Part shown: positions 9,790 through 20,592 of the stretch, one piece after another
Position numbering within the stretch: position 1 is the first letter of the stretch
Layout: the number at the start of each line of letters is the position of its first letter
Assembly (NCBI GenBank): GCA_964389705.1
Contig: CAYMEO010000002.1
Span: 4,318 to 68,317, forward strand
DNA from: an uncultured Spirochaetia bacterium
GTDB taxonomy: Bacteria > Desulfobacterota_D > UBA1144 > Nemesobacterales > CSP1-2
Direction: 5' to 3'
DNA: 64,000 bases
The notes under the pieces: generated by a model
What the model was told of the DNA's origin: nothing
What the model saw: the letters and a program-made list of their open reading frames with translations, nothing else
The model's database searches: none
Translations under genes and position numbers: made by a program

Positions 9790-10823
9790 TCGAGCATTGC
9801 CCTTAGACTCTCAGAAAAAGGCGCTTTGGCAACTCCATTTTCAGTAATTATAGAGCTTATATTTTCATTCGGCGTAACATCAAACGCGGGATTTAATACA
9901 TCAACATCCGGTGCAATCTTATTTCCTAAGATGTGGGTTACCTCTTTGGCATCGCGCCTCTCAATCGGGATTAAATCCCCTGAAGCACAGTTGTAATCAA
10001 TTGTAGAGATAGGAGCCACTACATAGAAGGGAATCTTATGAAACTTTGCAAGGATAGAGAGCGAGTAGGTTCCGATTTTATTTGCAACGTCTCCGTTTAG
10101 AGCGATTCTATCTGCCCCTACGACTACGGCATCCACCATTCCTTTGCCCATAACATATCCGGCCATGTTGTCCGTAATTAATGTAACAGGTATTCCGTCT
10201 TTATCCAATTCCCATGCAGTCAGTCTTGCGCCCTGTAAAAATGGCCTTGTTTCAGTGGCAATGACTTTTATCCTCTTCCCACCCTCAAAAGCTGCCCTGA
10301 TGACTCCAAGTGCGGTTCCATAACCCGCGGTAGCAAGGGCACCTGCGTTACAGTGTGTAAGAATTGTGCTCCCGTCTTTTATCAATTCAGATCCCACTTT
10401 GCCTATTCTTTTGCAAGTCTCAATATCTTCTTCATATATCTTCTTTGCTTCTTCAACCAATCTTTCCTTAATCAGATCAATATTTTTATCCTTGTTTTCA
10501 TCCACGAGATTCGTCATTCTTTTTACAGCCCAAAATAGGTTTACCGCAGTCGGCCTTGTGCCTAAAATCACCGTAGCAATCTCCTTAATCTCTGCAAGGA
10601 ACTCAATTCTATCCCTCTTCTTACTTTTAACTGCCCCTAGAGCAATACCCATTGCTGCAGCAACGCCTATTGCCGGAGCACCACGGATAACCATCTCTTT
10701 TATCGCCCATGCTACATCCTCAAAACTCAGGCACTCAACATATATCTCTTCAATGGGTAGTTTTCTTTGATCTATCATTATAATCCTATCATCTTTCCAT
10801 TCGATTGTTTTAAAAGAGGGCAT
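9786..10823 (-). CDS. mtnA: S-methyl-5-thioribose-1-phosphate isomerase (eIF-2B alpha/beta/delta family)
   Basis: AAGGAG RBS. N-terminus '[20 protein letters not shown]...[17 protein letters not shown]' is typical of MtnA. Confidence 0.85.
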   Translation of the reverse strand: MPSFKTIEWKDDRIIMIDQRKLPIEEIYVECLSFEDVAWAIKEMVIRGAPAIGVAAAMGIALGAVKSKKRDRIEFLAEIKEIATVILGTRPTAVNLFWAVKRMTNLVDENKDKNIDLIKERLVEEAKKIYEEDIETCKRIGKVGSELIKDGSTILTHCNAGALATAGYGTALGVIRAAFEGGKRIKVIATETRPFLQGARLTAWELDKDGIPVTLITDNMAGYVMGKGMVDAVVVGADRIALNGDVANKIGTYSLSILAKFHKIPFYVVAPISTIDYNCASGDLIPIERRDAKEVTHILGNKIAPDVDVLNPAFDVTPNENISSIITENGVAKAPFSESLRAMLD

Positions 10824-10900
10824 AATCTCTCACTCCTTTATTAGAAATGGTGTTTATTATTCCAATTCTAACCGTATAGAGACGTAATTAGTAGTTTACT

Positions 10901-11782
10901 TTAGACAGAATTTTTATCAACGCTAAATACAATCGCTACCCAATCTCCCTCTCTGAATTCTCTCTTAAATAGAAATCCGCCTTTTTCAAGCCCTGAAACC
11001 GCTTCATCCCTTCTTGAAATTGGAACTCCGGAGATTAAGAGATTGCCATTTAGTCTTAACCTGAGTTCATCCCTCATAAGTATTATTGTCTCAACCGATA
11101 TATTGGCGACTATTAAATCAAACCTCCCCTTTACAGCCTCTATGTAGCCGCAGATGAGTTTAATCTTGTCAGAGACTGAATTCCTTTCTGAATTCTTCTT
11201 TGCTTCCATGACTGCCACAGGGTCTATATCCAATCCAACGGCCTCATCTACTCCGAGTTTTACAGCGACGATGGAGAGGATTCCGCTTCCACATCCTACG
11301 TCAAGAACATTTTTGATGTTGGCGTCTTCAAAAATTTCCTCCATTGCCTGGATGCAGAGCCTAGTTGTCTCATGATGCCCAGTGCCAAATGCCATTGATG
11401 GATTAATCTCAATTACCACTTCACCCTCTTTAGGAAGATATTCTTCCCATGGCGGTCTTACAGTGACTCTTCTGCTCGCCCTTACAGTCTTTAGTTCCCG
11501 TTTCCATAATATCCAGCTAGAGATGTCTATCTCTTCAATCTTTATATTCCAAACACGAAATCCCGGTAAAATCTTTTCTAAAAAGTTGATATAACTTCTC
11601 AGACTCTTTATAGTCGGACTCAAGTCTATTTTGTGGGGAAAATAGGCGGAGACTTCGAACCCTCCATCCTCAATTATATCTTCGGCTGTGCCTGTAGCAT
11701 CTTCAAGCCCCAAGAGAAAATCTGAGACAAGTGATTTTGCCTCTTCAGATACCCTAAGAGTAAGCTTTCTATATTTCAGCAT
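10901..11782 (-). CDS. prmA: Ribosomal protein L11 methyltransferase
   Basis: SAM-MTase motif 'VLDVGCGSGILSIVA' and 'GTGHHETT'. ORF track extends to the ATG at 11821, but that extension would overlap the conserved hsp20 promoter element at 11812-11843. The internal ATG at 11782 is preferred; the start remains uncertain. Confidence 0.8.
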   Translation of the reverse strand: MLKYRKLTLRVSEEAKSLVSDFLLGLEDATGTAEDIIEDGGFEVSAYFPHKIDLSPTIKSLRSYINFLEKILPGFRVWNIKIEEIDISSWILWKRELKTVRASRRVTVRPPWEEYLPKEGEVVIEINPSMAFGTGHHETTRLCIQAMEEIFEDANIKNVLDVGCGSGILSIVAVKLGVDEAVGLDIDPVAVMEAKKNSERNSVSDKIKLICGYIEAVKGRFDLIVANISVETIILMRDELRLRLNGNLLISGVPISRRDEAVSGLEKGGFLFKREFREGDWVAIVFSVDKNSV

Positions 11783-11811
11783 CTCTATCTTTAACCTACC
11801 ACAGAATTTAT

Positions 11812-11843
11812 CTTGATTCATTCCAGATAATGATTATTTTTTT
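11812..11843 (+). promoter_or_regulatory. Conserved promoter element upstream of hsp20 paralog 1
   Basis: 'CTTGATTCATTCCAGATAATGATTATTTTTTT', ending 41 nt before the start codon. It is 28/32 identical to the element upstream of the second hsp20 (24166-24196). Has a -35-like TTGAYT and an extended -10-like TGATTATTT. Confidence 0.45.
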
Positions 11844-11883
11844 ACTGGAAAAGTAATAAGAATAGTTGGGGAGGTGGATAAAG

Positions 11884-12357
11884 ATGGTAAGGAGGAAGAG
11901 GAGTGGAAGAAGAGGGTTAAGGAGATGGACTCCTTTTATGGATTTCAGTTTGTCACAAGAAGGGATGATAAGCGGGTTGTTTAATGAAACAGTGCGGGCA
12001 ATTTATCCGAATATATATGAGGAGTTTGAAGGTGAAACTTGGTTGCCGGCTGTGGATATCTACGAGACCGATGACAGCTTTGTATTGAGTTCAGACCTGC
12101 CAGGGGTAAATAAAGAGGATCTACGGGTTGAGTTGAATGAAAACGTTCTTGTAATAAAGGGACAGAGGAAGTCTGAGGATTTATCAAAAGATAACTATAT
12201 AAGATCAGAGCGCCAATACGGGGCGTTTTTACGTGGCTTTGTGATTCCAAGCAACGCGGAGGTTGATAAGATCAAGGCGACATATAAAGAAGGTGTCCTT
12301 CAGGTAGTAATTCCAAAGAAGGAAGAAGTAAGGCCAAAACAGATAAAAGTCAGTTGA
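11884..12357 (+). CDS. Hsp20/alpha-crystallin family small heat-shock protein (paralog 1)
   Basis: ORF track TTG at 11866; ATG at 11884 behind GGGGAGGTGGA. Alpha-crystallin domain. C-terminal '...ATYKEGVLQVVIPKKEEVRPKQIKVS' is nearly identical to the paralog at 24238. Confidence 0.85.
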   Translation: MVRRKRSGRRGLRRWTPFMDFSLSQEGMISGLFNETVRAIYPNIYEEFEGETWLPAVDIYETDDSFVLSSDLPGVNKEDLRVELNENVLVIKGQRKSEDLSKDNYIRSERQYGAFLRGFVIPSNAEVDKIKATYKEGVLQVVIPKKEEVRPKQIKVS

Positions 12358-12491
12358 GCCTGTAAACTAGGGGGGTACCTTTACTAATTAAGTTACCTAA
12401 CTATATAGGTCAGCGGGTTCTGATTCTCGGTTCTATCGGGAATCAGGGGTCCTTTTATCCCTCCATTGAGGGATTCCCAATTTTTTCGCTC

Positions 12492-13319
12492 TTACTTTTG
12501 TTCTTCTCTATGCCGTGGGAGTGGAATATACTCGACTGTTGGTTGCCGTTTTACTGGTTGTGGGTACAAACTCATAAGTTCTAAAAACTCAAGTGGCATT
12601 TCTGAACTTACATGAAGTCCTAGCTCTTTACCCTTTTCAAATGTTATGGGATAGTCATGTGTCCATGTCCCCTGTGTAAGAATACGTGCAAGTTCCTCAA
12701 CCTTATCTGGTGGATATCTGTCTGAGAGTAGTTCTCTGAGGCTTTCATATAGCTGCTTCAATGCCTTATTGGCCATATCTGCGAGAATCAATGTCTTGTC
12801 ATCTATTTTATCGATTGGTTTTTCTGCGATCAATTTCACAAGTGATGCCGCGGGATATTCACCTAGTTGCGGGTCTACCGGACCTAATACTGCATGCGGA
12901 CTCATTACTATTTCATCTGCGGCTAGGGCAATAAGGGTTCCCCCGGACATAGCATAATGGGGAACAAAGGCCGTCACCTTCCCTTTATGTTTTTTAATTG
13001 CCCGTGCTATCTGTAATGAGGCGATAACAAGCCCGCCTGGCGTGTGTAATATAAGATCTATAGGTATTTCAGGATCGGTCATATTGATAGCCCGTATGAC
13101 CTCTTCAGAATCTTGAATATCTATATACCGAAATATAGGAAAACCTAGGAATCCCATTGTCTCTTGCCGATGTACCAGGAGAATGATTCGAGATTTTCTT
13201 TTACGTTCAATTTTTGAGATTAATCGCTGTCTGGTTGCATCGAGTAGCCTTTTTTGGATAATTGGCTGGAGAGAAGCAATGATAAAGAACAACCAGAGGA
13301 TGTCAAATAGACTTGGCAT
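12492..13319 (-). CDS. ClpP-fold membrane-anchored serine protease (SDH/SppA-like family)
   Basis: GGGAG RBS. N-terminal TM segment. Protease core 'LHTPGGLVIASLQIARAI...HYAMSGGTLIALAADEIVMSPHAVLGPVDP' with a ClpP/SppA-type catalytic Ser context. Confidence 0.6.
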   Translation of the reverse strand: MPSLFDILWLFFIIASLQPIIQKRLLDATRQRLISKIERKRKSRIILLVHRQETMGFLGFPIFRYIDIQDSEEVIRAINMTDPEIPIDLILHTPGGLVIASLQIARAIKKHKGKVTAFVPHYAMSGGTLIALAADEIVMSPHAVLGPVDPQLGEYPAASLVKLIAEKPIDKIDDKTLILADMANKALKQLYESLRELLSDRYPPDKVEELARILTQGTWTHDYPITFEKGKELGLHVSSEMPLEFLELMSLYPQPVKRQPTVEYIPLPRHREEQK

Positions 13320-13478
13320 GTTGTTTTTCTCCCAATTTATATTATTGATACTCCTCCCCGCTGAATTTGGTGTATATTAGTATACCTCCTTCTTATTGTG
13401 GCTGCTACAAAATATTGTTTCGTTGTATGTAATAATATATAGTACTTGTGAGAAGTCCTTATATAAGGAGGTACCAAT

Positions 13479-13952
13479 ATGGAACCAAATATAGATCTTT
13501 CGGAAGAGCAACGCGGAGGAGTTGTGCTAATCCTCAATGTCTTGCTGTCAGATGAATACGTGCTGTATACGAAAACAAGAAACTATCACTGGAATGTTGT
13601 TGGACCTCAGTTTCATAGTTTACACGAGTTTTTTGAGCAGCAATATAAAGAGCTTGATGAGATAGTAGATGAGGTAGCAGAGCGTGTTCGTTCTTTAGGT
13701 GGGCAATCACTTGGAACACTTTCGGAATTTTTAAGGCACACGAGGCTCAAAGAGCAGCCGGGTCAATATCCAAATGATCGGGAGATGATTGCCAGCCTTT
13801 TAGGTGATCACGAGGCAATTATTCGGCATTTGCGGATTGATCTTGAGATATGCGCCGATAAGTATAAGGACATGGGGACAAATGACTTCCTTATAGGATT
13901 GATGGAGAAGCACGAAAAGATGGCATGGATGCTAAGGTCATTTTTAGAATGA
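13479..13952 (+). CDS. dps: Dps-family DNA-protection/ferritin-like protein
   Basis: TAAGGAGG RBS. Dps signature 'TRNYHWNVVGPQFHSLHEFFEQQYKELDEIVDEVAER'. Confidence 0.85.
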   Translation: MEPNIDLSEEQRGGVVLILNVLLSDEYVLYTKTRNYHWNVVGPQFHSLHEFFEQQYKELDEIVDEVAERVRSLGGQSLGTLSEFLRHTRLKEQPGQYPNDREMIASLLGDHEAIIRHLRIDLEICADKYKDMGTNDFLIGLMEKHEKMAWMLRSFLE

Positions 13953-14094
13953 AAGTTGGCTTAACTTTAGAGAGACAAAACTTAAGGAGAGATTGGTAGC
14001 CGATATTTTTCGGTTTCTGAACAGTCCACATCATGTTAGTTGCCGTGTCGCAGCTGTAGTTCTTCGGCATTGCTTGCTGGGTAATTCGAGTTAG

Positions 14095-14125
14095 ATGAAA
14101 TCAGATTAATCCTACTTGATTTCAT
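14095..14125 (+). promoter_or_regulatory. 9-bp perfect inverted repeat upstream of clpB (candidate operator)
   Basis: ATGAAATCA (14095-14103), a 13-nt spacer, then TGATTTCAT (14117-14125), about 55 nt upstream of the clpB ATG. It does not match CIRCE or HAIR consensus sequences. Confidence 0.3.
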
Positions 14126-14179
14126 AGAAAGAGGTAATATTGTTAGATATATAGGCAATACATTTGGAGGACTATAAAG

Positions 14180-16777
14180 ATGAAATGGGAAAAGCTCACA
14201 ATCAAAGCCAGAGAGGCTATTGAAGAGGCTCAGTCTATTGCACAGGCAGAGAAGCATCAGGTGATTGATATACCCCACGTTCTTCTTGCACTTCTTAATG
14301 AAAAGGGGATTGCATCTGAGATTATAGGGAAGATCATTGTAAACCCCCAAGTTATACGGGATATTGCAAGACGTGAGCTTCGACTCTTGCCTAAAGTAGA
14401 GGGGGTAACAGACCAGGTTTACTTGAGTCGTGAGATGAGTCAGGCACTAAATACAGCCGAGAAAGAGGCTAAGTCTCTTGGGGACGAGTATATAAGTACA
14501 GAGCACATACTACTTGGCATTGTACAGCATGCAATAGGCGATATTAAAACCGAGTTCAAACGACTCGGAATAAGTAGGGAAAACATCCTCAAAGTTCTAA
14601 AAGAGGTAAGGGGTGGACAGAATGTAACTAGTCAAACCCCAGAGGAGACTTTTCAGGCTCTAAAGCAATATGGCAAAGACCTAACGGAGATTGCGCGTCA
14701 GGGAAAGCTCGACCCTGTAATTGGCCGTGATGATGAAATAAGAAGAGTAATACAGGTTCTACTGAGAAGGACAAAGAATAATCCCGTACTAATCGGAGAG
14801 CCGGGGGTTGGAAAAACTGCAATCGTTGAGGGTCTAGCGCAAAGAATCGTAAATGGCGACGTTCCAGAAGGGTTGAAAAATAAGCGTCTTATTGCACTCG
14901 ATATGGGGGCGATTGTCGCGGGAGCCAAGTACCGAGGACAATTTGAGGAGCGTCTTAAGGCGGTTCTAAGGGAGATTACGGAGTCTCAAGGAGAGATAAT
15001 CCTCTTTATAGATGAGATCCATACGGTTGTCGGAGCCGGGGCTGCTGAGGGAGCAATGGATGCATCCAATATGCTAAAGCCGGCCCTTGCGCGTGGAGAG
15101 CTCCACTGCATAGGTGCGACTACACTTGATGAATATAGAAAACACATAGAAAAAGACGCCGCACTAGAGAGGAGGTTCCAGCCTGTTTTTGTAGATGAGC
15201 CTTCGGTTGAAGAGACGATTTCAATCCTTCGTGGACTTAAGGAAAAGTATGAAGTCCATCACGGAGTGAAGATAAAAGACGATGCACTGATTGCGGCTGC
15301 GGTTCTCTCGCATCGCTATATCACGGGAAGGTTCCTGCCAGATAAGGCTGTGGATTTGATAGATGAGGCCGCTGCAAGGCTCAAGATGGAAATAGATTCC
15401 ATGCCCACAGAGATTGATGAAGCCCAGAGACGCATTATGCAGCTTGAGATTGAGAGGGAGGCTCTAAAGAAAGAGAAGGATGAAGGCTCAAAAGAGAAAC
15501 TGAACGCAATAGAAAGGGAGATTGCCAATCTCAAGGAGCAACTCGATAGTCTGAAGGCACATTGGCAGAGGGAAAAGGAGTATATATCTGAGATCAGACG
15601 CATAAAAGAGGAGGTAGATAAGCTGAAGATAGAGGCGGAAAGGGCACAGAGGCAGGGGGATCTATCAAAGGCGTCAGAGATTCTCTATGGAAGGCTTCCC
15701 GAGCTTAATAAGAAGCTAGAGGAGGAGAGTAAGAAGCTTGCTGAGATTCAAAAAACTAGAAAGATGCTCAAGGAAGAGGTGGATGCAGAAGACATAGCTG
15801 AGATTGTGTCCAAATGGACTGGAATCCCGGTCTCTAGGCTTATGGAGGGCGAGATTGAAAAACTCGTTCACATGGAAGAGAGATTATCAAAGAGGGTTAT
15901 AGGGCAAGAAGAGGCAATAAGAGCCGTCTCTAATGCACTGAGGCGTTCCCGTGCGGGGCTTTCAGATCCTAAACGGCCGATCGGTTCTTTCATATTCTTG
16001 GGCCCTACAGGGGTGGGAAAGACGGAGCTTGCACGGGCGCTTGCAGAGTTCATGTTCGATGATGAAAACGCAATGGTGCGGATTGATATGAGTGAATACA
16101 TGGAGAAGCATACCGTATCGAGATTAATAGGTGCTCCACCGGGTTATGTTGGATACGAAGAGGGAGGACAGTTGACCGAGGCTGTAAGGAGGCGTCCATA
16201 TTCTGTAGTATTGTTTGATGAAATTGAGAAGGCACATAATGATGTCTTCAATATTCTGCTTCAAATACTCGATGATGGTCGTTTAACAGATGGCCACGGG
16301 CGAACAGTGGATTTTAGAAATACAATCATTATTATGACATCTAATCTGGGAAGCTCTTACCTGCAGGGTGCAATGAAAGAAGAGGTAGCCAGACAGAGGG
16401 TGATGGATACCCTAAGGGAGCACTTTAGGCCAGAGTTTCTAAATAGGATTGACGAGATAATAATCTTCCGCTCCCTCAGTATGGAGGACCTAAAGAAGAT
16501 TGTTGATATACAGATCGAGTACCTGAAAAAGAGATTGGCGGAGAGGAAGATTGAGATTGAACTCACTGAAGGGGCAAAAGAAGAGCTTGCCGAAATTGGA
16601 TATGACCCTGTCTACGGAGCAAGACCGCTTAAGAGGACTATACAGAGAACGATAGAGAATCCTCTGGCTACGGAGATTCTAAAGGGGAATTTTAAAGAGG
16701 GAGACACTATAGTTGTGGATGTGGATAAGAATAAGGAATTTATTTTCACAAAGGGAAGGAAGAAAGCAGTGGCCTAA
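14180..16777 (+). CDS. clpB: ATP-dependent chaperone ClpB
   Basis: 865 aa. Clp N-domain, two AAA+ modules ([16 protein letters not shown]), a long coiled-coil middle domain and a C-terminal ClpB signature. GGAGG RBS. Confidence 0.95.
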   Translation: MKWEKLTIKAREAIEEAQSIAQAEKHQVIDIPHVLLALLNEKGIASEIIGKIIVNPQVIRDIARRELRLLPKVEGVTDQVYLSREMSQALNTAEKEAKSLGDEYISTEHILLGIVQHAIGDIKTEFKRLGISRENILKVLKEVRGGQNVTSQTPEETFQALKQYGKDLTEIARQGKLDPVIGRDDEIRRVIQVLLRRTKNNPVLIGEPGVGKTAIVEGLAQRIVNGDVPEGLKNKRLIALDMGAIVAGAKYRGQFEERLKAVLREITESQGEIILFIDEIHTVVGAGAAEGAMDASNMLKPALARGELHCIGATTLDEYRKHIEKDAALERRFQPVFVDEPSVEETISILRGLKEKYEVHHGVKIKDDALIAAAVLSHRYITGRFLPDKAVDLIDEAAARLKMEIDSMPTEIDEAQRRIMQLEIEREALKKEKDEGSKEKLNAIEREIANLKEQLDSLKAHWQREKEYISEIRRIKEEVDKLKIEAERAQRQGDLSKASEILYGRLPELNKKLEEESKKLAEIQKTRKMLKEEVDAEDIAEIVSKWTGIPVSRLMEGEIEKLVHMEERLSKRVIGQEEAIRAVSNALRRSRAGLSDPKRPIGSFIFLGPTGVGKTELARALAEFMFDDENAMVRIDMSEYMEKHTVSRLIGAPPGYVGYEEGGQLTEAVRRRPYSVVLFDEIEKAHNDVFNILLQILDDGRLTDGHGRTVDFRNTIIIMTSNLGSSYLQGAMKEEVARQRVMDTLREHFRPEFLNRIDEIIIFRSLSMEDLKKIVDIQIEYLKKRLAERKIEIELTEGAKEELAEIGYDPVYGARPLKRTIQRTIENPLATEILKGNFKEGDTIVVDVDKNKEFIFTKGRKKAVA

Positions 16778-16784
16778 TTGAAGG

Positions 16785-16802
16785 AGCGCATTGTAATGCG
16801 CT
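16785..16802. terminator. Perfect palindromic hairpin between convergent clpB and pyrF (bidirectional terminator candidate)
   Basis: AGCGCATT-GT-AATGCGCT is a perfect 8-bp stem lying between the convergent clpB and pyrF genes. Confidence 0.45.
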
Positions 16803-16826
16803 TCTACTGCAATTGTTGGTTGCCGA

Positions 16827-17570
16827 TTACCCAATCGGGGTGTTATGGTGATATATAGAAAAAATAATTTCATCTAGTGTCTCTTCTGGGTTTTTTGATT
16901 CTGTTATAGCCCTTCCAATTACGAGATAGTCTGCTCCCAGGGAAACAGCCTCGGCGGGAGTTGATACCCTCGAATGGTCATCAACGCTTGCTCCTATGCG
17001 TATTCCAGGAACGACTAATTTGAATCTGTCTCCGAATTCCTTTCTTAAAATCTCGATCTCTTTTCCGGAAGCGACAAGCCCATCTACTTTGGCTCTATCG
17101 GCAAGTGCAGCAAGTCTAAGTACCGCATCTTGAGAAGAGTTACTTATGCCTATCTGTTTTAGACTCTCCTCATTTTGACTCGTTAGAATGGTTACTGCAA
17201 GAACAATCGGCTTTGGTTTTGATAGTCTCTCTGATTCCAAATTAACTGCTTCTACTGCCCTTTTCATCATATCAAATCCGCCGAGTGCATGTATCGTAAG
17301 CATCTTAATTCCATACCCAATAACCTGTCGTGAAGCGCTTTCAACCGTTGAGGGAATATCGTGGAATTTAAGGTCGAGGAAGATCTCGACGCCGATGTCA
17401 GTAAATTCTCTAAGACCAGTTAGGCCTGATTTTAAAAAGAGGGTCGGCCCGATTTTGAATGTTTTAATCTTTCCTTTGAGCCTTTGAACCCAGTTTTGTG
17501 CCTCTTCGTAGCGAGGGAAATCTAGGGCTAAGATAATACGATCTTCGGGTCTGAGATTGGGTTTAGTCAT
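16827..17570 (-). CDS. pyrF: Orotidine 5'-phosphate decarboxylase
   Basis: 'IILALDFP...FKIGPTLF' and 'DLKFHDIPSTV' are typical PyrF motifs. 247 aa. Confidence 0.85.
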   Translation of the reverse strand: MTKPNLRPEDRIILALDFPRYEEAQNWVQRLKGKIKTFKIGPTLFLKSGLTGLREFTDIGVEIFLDLKFHDIPSTVESASRQVIGYGIKMLTIHALGGFDMMKRAVEAVNLESERLSKPKPIVLAVTILTSQNEESLKQIGISNSSQDAVLRLAALADRAKVDGLVASGKEIEILRKEFGDRFKLVVPGIRIGASVDDHSRVSTPAEAVSLGADYLVIGRAITESKNPEETLDEIIFSIYHHNTPIG

Positions 17571-17697
17571 GTCTATCGAGACACAAAAGTAATACCGATA
17601 GAGTCTATCTATGAAAGAGGCAATTAATGAATTGCCCTTGCTTTTTCCAAAATTTTCTTTTCACTCTGTTTACTTGTGTAAATAAGTGGCTAAATCC

Positions 17698-19413
17698 CTA
17701 CTTTGCATTTAGAATCGTCTCAATCTCCCTTTCAACCTCCTCAACCTTTACCTTCTTAGAGACTCCGCCTTTTCTGAGTTTTATCTCTATGGCTCCTTCT
17801 TTGAGAGTTTTCTGTCCTATTATTACATGAACGGGGATTCCAATCAAATCAGCGTCCTTAAATTTAACCCCTGCACTCTCTTCCCTGTCGTCAATAAGTG
17901 TCTCAACACCAAGAGAAACCAGTTTCTTATAGATATACTCAGCCACGTCTTTTACCCGCTCGTCTTTCATATTAAGTGGGAGGACTACAACCTCATAGGG
18001 CGCGAGGGAGATCGGGAACACAATTCCATTCTCATCATGGTTTTGCTCTATCGCGGCGGCAACAGTCCGTCCGATTCCTATTCCATAGCAACCCATTATG
18101 AAGAACCTCTCTTTCCCGTTCTGGTCAACAAAGGTCGCGCCCATCGCCTCACTATACTTTGTACCGAGTTTAAAGACATGGCCCACCTCGATACCTCTGC
18201 TTGAGCGAAGAACACCGTCTTTACACCTTGGACATAAATCCCCATCCGAGGCTACTCGAATATCGGCGAATTGGTCAATGTGAAAGTCCCTGCCGGGATT
18301 GACGTTTATCAAATGGTAATCCCTTTTGTTCGCACCTGTGACGGCATTTCTGATATTTTTTAATGATCTGTCGGCAATTGTCTTAACCCTAATTCCAACG
18401 GGACCGCTAAACCCAATGGGGCCACGTGTCACATCCTCAATTGTTCTTTCTGAACCGAGCTGAACAATATCGGCACCGATTGCTCTCTTTAATTTGGTCA
18501 AACTCAATTCATGGTTACCCCTTACAAGTGCGGCAATTGGTTTTCCATCAGTCTCAATTATCATGGTTTTTATCAGCCTGTCGGGCTCAACTTTTAGGAA
18601 GGAAGATACCTGCTCCACGGTTTTCATGTTTGGTGTGTGAATCTCTTGAACGGTTCCTTCCTCCTCGAGGTTTTCGAATTTGCTGTTTTCTCTCTCCTCT
18701 ATCTCGGCGAGTTCTAGATTTGCTGCATAGTCGCACCTGTTGCAGCTCATAATCACATCTTCCCCGGTAGGGGCGAGAACCATAAATTCGTGTGAAAAGT
18801 TTCCTCCGATATTGCCAGTATCTGCCAGTACTGCACGAAACTCAAGCCCGCACCTCTCAAATATACGATTATAGGTGTTATACATTGTCCAGTAGGATTT
18901 ATCTGCCCCCTCATCGTCGGCGTCAAAGCTGTAGGCATCCTTCATTATAAACTCCCTTGCGCGCATAACTCCAAAACGCGGGCGAATCTCGTCCCTGAAT
19001 TTTATCTGAATCTGGTAGAGGATAAGGGGGAGTTGTTTATATGATCTCACCTCTTTACGGACTATATCTGTAATAATCTCTTCATGAGTGGGGCCAAGGC
19101 AAAATTCCCTTTCTGCTCTGTCTCTAAATCTAAGGAGTTCTTTTCCGTACTTATCCCATCTTCCGCTCTCTTTCCATAACTCCGCCGGGAGAACTAATGG
19201 CATAAGCAGTTCAATTGCCCCTGCGAGATTCATCTCTTCCCTTACGATGTTTTCGACCCTTTTTATTGATCGGAGTCCTAGGGGAAGGTATGTGTAAATT
19301 CCCGCTGCGAGTTTTCTTATCATACCTGAGCGGACCATAAGCTTGTGGCTTATCACCTCCGCATCGGCGGGCTCCTCTTTTAGAGTTGGAAGAAAAAGCT
19401 TAGAGTATCTCAA
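17698..19413 (-). CDS. proS: Proline--tRNA ligase (bacterial type with INS editing domain)
   Basis: 571 aa. TTG start with a GAGGT RBS. N-terminus 'MRYSKLFLPTLKEEPADAEVISHKLMVRSGMIRKLAAGIYTYLP' aligns to canonical ProS. Confidence 0.95.
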   Translation of the reverse strand: MRYSKLFLPTLKEEPADAEVISHKLMVRSGMIRKLAAGIYTYLPLGLRSIKRVENIVREEMNLAGAIELLMPLVLPAELWKESGRWDKYGKELLRFRDRAEREFCLGPTHEEIITDIVRKEVRSYKQLPLILYQIQIKFRDEIRPRFGVMRAREFIMKDAYSFDADDEGADKSYWTMYNTYNRIFERCGLEFRAVLADTGNIGGNFSHEFMVLAPTGEDVIMSCNRCDYAANLELAEIEERENSKFENLEEEGTVQEIHTPNMKTVEQVSSFLKVEPDRLIKTMIIETDGKPIAALVRGNHELSLTKLKRAIGADIVQLGSERTIEDVTRGPIGFSGPVGIRVKTIADRSLKNIRNAVTGANKRDYHLINVNPGRDFHIDQFADIRVASDGDLCPRCKDGVLRSSRGIEVGHVFKLGTKYSEAMGATFVDQNGKERFFIMGCYGIGIGRTVAAAIEQNHDENGIVFPISLAPYEVVVLPLNMKDERVKDVAEYIYKKLVSLGVETLIDDREESAGVKFKDADLIGIPVHVIIGQKTLKEGAIEIKLRKGGVSKKVKVEEVEREIETILNAK

Positions 19414-19569
19414 TGTTTTTTACCTCGAAAGAATAAATTACCGATTTTCCCGTTAAAAGCAATAAGAGCGGGTAAAACTCGTATTGGTCTGTTGTGTGTA
19501 TCTTATGTCCCGTCGGTTTAAGAAGCCGATAAGAAATTCGCAATTGGTTTTACAGGTTTTTGTCCCGAC

Positions 19570-20430
19570 CTATAGAGGTATTACATCGTGAAAGCGGTCG
19601 TAGTCAATCAAAACGCGTCCATCCGGTGTTCTAGACAGTATATCCACAAAACGCATGTTCCAGAGGATTTCCTCTATGGTGAATGAATGGCGGGTGTGGA
19701 TTATCTGTGAAACAGTTTCATCAAGACCAGTAAGTGTAACTACAATCTCGGCTTCTTCCTTGGCCAACGAGTCCTTTGTTGCTTCATAGAGTGGACTTGT
19801 CTCATCAATTATGTGCATCACCGTCCACGTTAGAGAAAATATCGGCGTTCGATTGCGTACCAATTTGAGGTCGTAGAATCGGCGAATAGGTTGTCCCTCT
19901 GCAGTCACTTCGTTGCGTACCAGATTCATCTGCATCTGTGCTTCTAGTATTTGGTTGCGACGCTCGTTGGCTGCGCGAAACATAAGGGTTGTCATTCCAT
20001 TGAAAGGTGCAACAACCGCCACACGGCTAAAAAGCACCCTAGCTGTGGGTCTCGAGAATTTAGCGAACATAAGACCAGTAACTATAGCGAATCCAAGCAG
20101 ACCTATAAGTACCTCCATTGTGACTATTGTGTTCGCATAGAGCGTACGTGGATATACACTTCCATAGCCGACTGTGGCTATAGTATCAACACTAAAGAAA
20201 AAGGCATCGAGGAAGGAGCCTGGCCGGGCGTTCTCAAGGCAATTCCCTCCGGCCAGATATGCCAGAGCAAACAACGCATTGACAGCTATATAGAGTAGAA
20301 CAATGAGTACAAGAAACCTAGGCCATGATATGGTAAGAAATAAATGGTACAAGTCTCGCCAAAGATGTGATACACCCCAGGCTTTTGCTAGTACTACAGG
20401 GATAAGGTAGCGAAGGTATCTCGACTCCAT
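19570..20430 (-). CDS. Prokaryotic inward-rectifier-type K+ channel (KirBac family)
   Basis: Selectivity filter 'TIATVGYG'. Slide-helix/TM1 region 'LWRDLYHLFLTISWPRFL' resembles KirBac. A C-terminal beta-rich cytoplasmic domain follows. 286 aa. Confidence 0.8.
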   Translation of the reverse strand: MESRYLRYLIPVVLAKAWGVSHLWRDLYHLFLTISWPRFLVLIVLLYIAVNALFALAYLAGGNCLENARPGSFLDAFFFSVDTIATVGYGSVYPRTLYANTIVTMEVLIGLLGFAIVTGLMFAKFSRPTARVLFSRVAVVAPFNGMTTLMFRAANERRNQILEAQMQMNLVRNEVTAEGQPIRRFYDLKLVRNRTPIFSLTWTVMHIIDETSPLYEATKDSLAKEEAEIVVTLTGLDETVSQIIHTRHSFTIEEILWNMRFVDILSRTPDGRVLIDYDRFHDVIPL

Positions 20431-20592
20431 AGCTCCATTGTATCAAACTTAATGGATATTTTCTGACTGGGGTACCGAAGTTTAGGACCGACAAGCCTAC
20501 ATAAAACCAGTGGGATATATGGAGAAGAATCATCCGATATAGGTAACTTTGATATAACGTCCATTCGAGAAGGTGATATTAAATACTGCATA

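Noticed and set aside
10353-10770. Plus-strand ORFs of 61 and 134 aa antisense to mtnA
   Set aside because: Low-complexity Ser/Leu/Ile-rich translations that lie completely inside mtnA.
13953-14179. CIRCE or HAIR heat-shock operators upstream of clpB
   Set aside because: Neither consensus (TTAGCACTC-N9-GAGTGCTAA, CTTGAGT-N7-ACTCAAG) is present. Only the unrelated 9-bp inverted repeat is reported.
14036-14350. 104-aa minus-strand ORF overlapping the clpB start region
   Set aside because: It overlaps the clpB RBS and N-terminus and has no features of a real gene.
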